Shown: piece after piece, positions 59,156 through 64,000 of the stretch
Layout of the letters: every line of letters begins with the position of its first letter
How positions within the stretch are numbered: position 1 is the stretch's first letter
Source: Phyllobates terribilis
Lineage: Eukaryota
Assembly (NCBI RefSeq): GCF_046119375.1
Contig: NW_027362767.1
Coordinates: 238,080,001 to 238,144,000 of the forward strand
Direction of reading: 5' to 3'
DNA length: 64,000 nucleotides
Program-made: the position numbers and the translations under genes
Notes under the pieces: generated by a model
Databases searched by the model: none
What the model was told of the DNA's origin: nothing
Seen by the model: the letters and a program-made list of their open reading frames with translations, nothing else

Positions 59156-61080
59156 GTTCAGTGATCATATTGACACCACAGGTGGGTCATAGAATTTTAT
59201 ACCATTGGGAAGTGAAGGAAAAATAATTACATTTTTAACACATAAATGTTGTTTTTGCCCAGATTTTACTTTTTTTTTCAAGGGGAAATGGCTAAAAATG
59301 CCATCAAAATTTGTCACACAATTTCGGCTGCATGTGGCAATATCCCATATGTAGCTGTACATTACTGCTTAGCCACACGGCGACACTCGGGAGGGACGGA
59401 GCGCTATTTGCCTCCTGGAGCGCAGATTTTCCTAGAGTAGTTTGCGGACTCCATATACAGAGCCCCAAAATACTAGAAGAGCAGAATAGCCCTCAAGTGA
59501 CCTCATTTTGGAAATTATACCCCTGCCAAAGATGTGTATGCTAAATGTGGTTTAGGCACACTGGGGCTCAGAAGGGAGGGGGGCATTTGGATTTGGGAGC
59601 GCAGAATTCGCTGATTTTTTTTTCGGGGGCGAGGAGCCATAGTGCTTTTCCAGAGCCTTTGTGCTACCAGTAAAGTGGAAGCCCCCTATATTTCCGTTAA
59701 CAAATTACGGATCTGAGTGGGGGCTTTTTTTTTGGATTGAGTTGAAGCTTTTATTGGGAACATTTTACATAACATTTTGGATCACATTTATCCTGCGCTT
59801 TACACTGAGCACTGATATCGGGGTTTCCATCTGAATCTCCGAGTGAACCCCCGATGGATCCATTCACTATAATGAGCAGCAGAGTTACTCTGGACTATGT
59901 CTGGCCTCTGTTCAGCTTTGTCCTTCTTTTCAAAAGTGCACAAAACTGTGGCGGACTGCGCTTTTATGTACACATAAAAAGACGGACACCGCCGGATCAA
60001 AGTCGAGACGGCGTCCACGGTGCCTACATCTGCCTCATTACAGGGAATCTTCTCCCTGGGGGTTACGTCTGAATCACGCATTTCAGAGATTTGCATGGTA
60101 AGTGCTCATCGTAGAGCGCAGGATAAATGGAAGCCAAGCCTTACTGCGAACAAGTCAGCAGCAGGTGAAGAATTGGTTTTATTTATTTTTTACGCCGTTC
60201 CTCGTGCGGTATAAGTAATTAAATTACTTTATTCTTCGGGTCGGAGCGATTACAGAGATACCAGATTTATATCGGGTTTTTATGTTTGGCAGCTGTCACA
60301 CACTAAAAGACGCTTTTTATTGTGCATCGCCATATTTTGAGAGCTATAATTTTTCCATATTTCGGCCAACAAAGTCAAGTGAGGACTTGTTTTTTGCGGG
60401 ACGAGTTGACCTTTTTATTGGTACCATTTTCGGGCACGTGACATTTTTTGATCGCTTTCTATTCTGATTTTTGGGAGGCAGAATGAACAAAAACCAGCAA
60501 TTTGGGAATTGTTTTGGCGGGGATTTTTTTATGATGCTCCGCAAGTGGTAAAATTGATAAGGCAGCTTTATTCTTCAGGTCAGTACAATTACAGCGATAC
60601 ATTTATATAACTTTTTTTTTATGTTTTTGACACTTTTACACAATAAAAACATTTTTAGAAAAAATAATTGTTTTTGTATCGCTTTATTCTGAAAGCTATA
60701 GCTTTTCTATGGAGCTGTATGGCGGCTTGTTTTTTTTGCAGATCAAGATGATGTTTTCAGCTATATCATTTTTATTTATATTCGTCTTTTTGATGGCATT
60801 TTATTGCACTTTTTTCCAGCGGTATGATGATAAAGCACAGATTGCTACGTTTTTTTTTACGCCATTCACTGCAGGGGTTAACTAGTGTGACACGTTTATA
60901 GATCAGGTTGTTCTGGATGCGGCAATACCAAATATGTGTACTTTTTTTGTTTATTTTTTTCTACATAAAAAATGTTGATTTATTTGTGTAATATTTTTTA
61001 TTATTTTTAAATATATATTTTTATATATTTTTTAAACTTTTTTTTACTTATTCCCTCTATGGGACTTTCACTTTTTTTTA
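59156..61080. repeat. Large AT-rich piggyBac-like repeat (continuation of 55020-55209), with a nested foldback MITE
   Basis: Reverse-complement matches to 200-700, 49100-49690 and 53300-53400. Confidence 0.55.
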
Positions 61081-61565
61081 CAGGTATAATGCATTGCAGT
61101 GCGCTAATAATGCAGTATTATACCAATACTGAAAGCTTCTTAGACCATGACGCGCTATGCCCGTTATATCGATAATCCTCTTCAATACCACCCCACTTTT
61201 TTTTAAAGAGAAATGTGCGACATTTTTAAGGATCGTGTAAATTCTAACTCTACAAATGGCACAAAACATCAAAAGAACAAAAAAAAAAAACAGCTTTGAA
61301 TTTACTCAAAATTCATCAAACATGGTCACTATGATGAATTTGGAGAAAAATTACAAAACAAAAAAATACCCCTCAGCTGATGAATTGGGGGCCTCAATAA
61401 ACCAATATTGGCTACAAATTCCCTATGTGAATGTCCAGGAGAAAATGTCGACTATTGTATATTCAGAGCAGTGATTTCTAGTCACTTTGAGGAGAGGCTG
61501 ACATTATTCTCAGGAGTCAGACATTGTCTCATTTTCAACAGAAACGAAAGCGGTAACAACAACAG

Positions 61566-61624
61566 CCAATCAGCGTCTTTCTTTTTCCCGCCCTGAACGA
61601 TGAGCACGTGACATGTTGCGTCAT
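61566..61624 (+). promoter_or_regulatory. Promoter of the NSMCE3-like gene: CCAAT, E2F, E-box and ATF/CRE-like sites
   Basis: CCAAT 61566-61570, TTTCCCGC 61584-61591, CACGTG 61605-61610, TTGCGTCA 61616-61623, in a local CpG-rich patch. Confidence 0.65.
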
Positions 61625-61629
61625 CAGGA

Positions 61630-61693
61630 AGAGGCGGCGCTGGCTTGCTTTGGTGCCGGGGACTCAGTTGCTGCGCCGGTAGCGCAGGAGAAG
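61630..61693 (+). other. NSMCE3: Putative non-coding exon 1 of the NSMCE3-like gene; start approximate
   Basis: GC-rich stretch ending AAG|GTAACG at 61694. Confidence 0.55.
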
Positions 61694-63153
61694 GTAACGT
61701 TCAGGCTTTGGTGCCGGGTTTGCTGCATTTTGCTTATCCTAGTCCATCTTGTTTAGAGGAAAAGCGCGTTGTATGTGGTCGGTCACCATAGTGGTGGACC
61801 TACTCAGTCCCTCTGCAGCTGATGGTTGTCAGGAAATGCACATTGAGTAGTAGTTGTCCATAGTAACAGCTCTTGCTCCAGTTTTCATTGTCAGGTGGTT
61901 CTATGGAGTTGGGTGAAGTCGCCACACCTGCCAATGGCCTATATATTCATTACTGGTGTTGCCATTAGCAACCAGATTGCACAGCTTACTCTTCAACTCA
62001 TGTAATAAATGATTGTTTTAAAGGAGGGTTATGTTTTTTTAAATGCATGAAATTGAGACTTAAAATCATATTTGAAATTGAATTTTAATAAAAATGTTGC
62101 ACTATTTCCCTTCTGCAGCCTCTATGTTGCACTGTCTTATTGCTGCTTGCATAATGAGTTAACTGAGAATCTGTCAGTGAGACAATCTGCTGTAAGGCTC
62201 ATTTTAACAGTGAGTTAAGCGGTGGTGACACTGCGGCCGCTACCATTCGATTCACATAAGGACTTTGCATTGCCTTTGGAGCTGCCTTATGGCTTCTCAG
62301 ATATGAGTGGCAGTTTTTTGCTGGGTATACAGCGCTGCTGGTTAGATTTGATGTGGAAAGTGTGGTGACAACCCCTACGGAGGCTGTAAGGCACTTTTTA
62401 TGCCACTTCTTTTAACTGCTTTAGGGTTTGAAAGCCCGTTAGTGATTAAAGGGAATCTGTCACCCCATATAAAGTATGGCCAGCACCTTTTTAAGGCCTC
62501 CTTTACAACATACATACTCTCTTCACTCAGACTGCCTTGTCCAGGGGCTTCTCCCAGCACACTGCAGTGCTTTTCTTGTCCTGATGAAGTCTGTAGTACT
62601 AAATAAATAAAAAAGACGCATGTACTTTGGGTCTGGAGTTGGATTTATTATATGGGATACCAGCAGTGCAGATTATCCGCATGTTATCTGTGTTTTCCCT
62701 GTCTGATGACTCATTAGACCTGCAGCAGCTAGATTCATAAGTGACTTAAATGTTGTGTATACACAACTAAATCAGGTTAGTATACCCTTTTAATCACCTT
62801 TTATCTCCCTTTGATACAACCCTGCTGCGCTGTCTTTTTCCTCCTGGTTGTATTCTGGTGCTCATTGCTCAGGCAGCTTTTGCTCTGAAGTATGGAGTCA
62901 AAATGCCAGTGGCAGAGCCATCATACTGACTCAGGAAAACAATCGCCGTCATTTTCTTAAAACTGCTTTGTCCTGGAAACCTGGGCTACCATCTAAATGA
63001 AGCCTCATGCATGTTGCCCAGCTATCCTGAAAAACAAGTAGCAAATGTTATTTTTTTAACACTTTGGAGGAAATCTAGAAATATATATTTTTTTCTTTTA
63101 TTAACAAAATTATATCTGTTTACTTCAAGGTGAATTTCTGAAGTCCAGCTACC

Positions 63154-63207
63154 ATGTCACAGCGAAGGAGAGGTCGGTCTCGGCTTCAGGACACTTCACA
63201 CCTTCAG
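63154..63207 (+). CDS. NSMCE3: NSMCE3 (NDNL2/MAGE-like) first coding exon
   Basis: Acceptor AAG at 63127-63129, Kozak-like GCTACCATG, MSQRRRGRSRLQDTSHLQ, donor GTAGGA. Confidence 0.7.
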
Positions 63208-63836
63208 GTAGGATGCAAAAGTGATCAAGTACACCCGCACGGGGTCATATTCAGACAACTGTGTTGTTGACCCATATTTTAGTTTTTACTGCAGCACAAT
63301 TCCCGGCCCAATCGGGGGTCTCATTCCCTGAATATGCAGCATTGTGTACTCCTTTTGTTGCTGTAGTTGAGGGTCACGAGACCCATGGTTGGGCCGGAAC
63401 TTGCATAACTAATACGGCTGAAAAAATCTGTCTGCAATGCAGTCCTGTAAAACAGCCCATTATAGGCGAGTGCACGAGCTGACGTGTAGCCTACTCATCC
63501 CCTTGTCTCCTGCTATCAGAGGTGAACGTTTCAATATGATGTAAGTGGACATCTTTTTCTCTGTATGTTGTGTGTATCTATTACTGCTGTCATGTATAGA
63601 AATAGCCATTTGGTGTGCTCAGAGCGGCCTTTGGTGAAACCTTCCTTGGCTGTTTATACCGCACCGCAAAGCAATCCACTGCGTCTACCCCGATGAGACA
63701 TGGAGACCCCGTCCTCCTCGGTGTAGGTTGCAGCACATATTCCACTATATTGTCTACATGGAATCTGCTTTCCAGTGTTGCGGCTCGTCCACCCTGAATC
63801 ACCCAGTGTTGCCACTTATTCTTTCCCTTTGTGTAG

Positions 63837-63944
63837 GGTGGAGATGTGGATATGGAGGAAGAGGTTTCATTTACTCAGACACAGACGCCATCTCAGGTGC
63901 AGAGGAACCTGGAGAAGCACTCTCCTGAGCAAATCAATCTAAAG
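63837..63944 (+). CDS. NSMCE3: NSMCE3 (NDNL2/MAGE-like) second coding exon
   Basis: Polypyrimidine-TAG acceptor; GGDVDMEEEVSFTQTQTPSQVQRNLEKHSPEQINLK; donor GTACAG; phase 0-0. Matches the segment that precedes the MAGE homology domain in non-mammalian NSMCE3, as I recall it. Confidence 0.72.
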
Positions 63945-64000
63945 GTACAGCAAGATCATTATAGATGTTGGTTATTCCTTTACTGCAAGAATTCTTGCAA

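Overview
Vertebrate genomic DNA, very probably from a frog. This is inferred from the transposon repertoire and gene structures, not from a search. The window is roughly 60-70% transposable-element derived. Host genes: (i) a probable first coding exon of a secreted ficolin-like gene on the minus strand (2963-3032), which the ORF track misses; (ii) a complete RBM34 gene (11 coding exons, 20519-30073, 482 aa by my exon join, with a tandem 13-aa repeat in the tail); (iii) a C2H2 zinc-finger gene coded in one exon (41051-42556) built from a triplicated three-finger cassette; (iv) the promoter and first exons of the intron-containing MAGE/NSMCE3-like gene (about 61560 to the window end). Mobile elements: a full-length, young Ty3/Gypsy LTR retrotransposon (6031-13910) with intact gag and pol, a UUUAAAC plus pseudoknot -1 frameshift signal and a dUTPase-like insert in pol; two well-supported solo LTRs and one weak one; eight Tc1-superfamily copies, including a DD38E (Intruder-type) element whose start codon has been flipped by a 36-bp microinversion; non-autonomous hAT elements with 8-bp TSDs that carry long hairpins and minisatellites (up to 3.3 kb with higher-order repeats); Kolobok/T2-, Harbinger- and piggyBac-like MITEs; and a degenerate hammerhead-ribozyme-like motif. 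The >1000-aa ORFs at 55-59 kb are minisatellite artefacts. No rRNA, tRNA or CRISPR is supported. All homology calls come from recognising motifs by eye; no database search was run.
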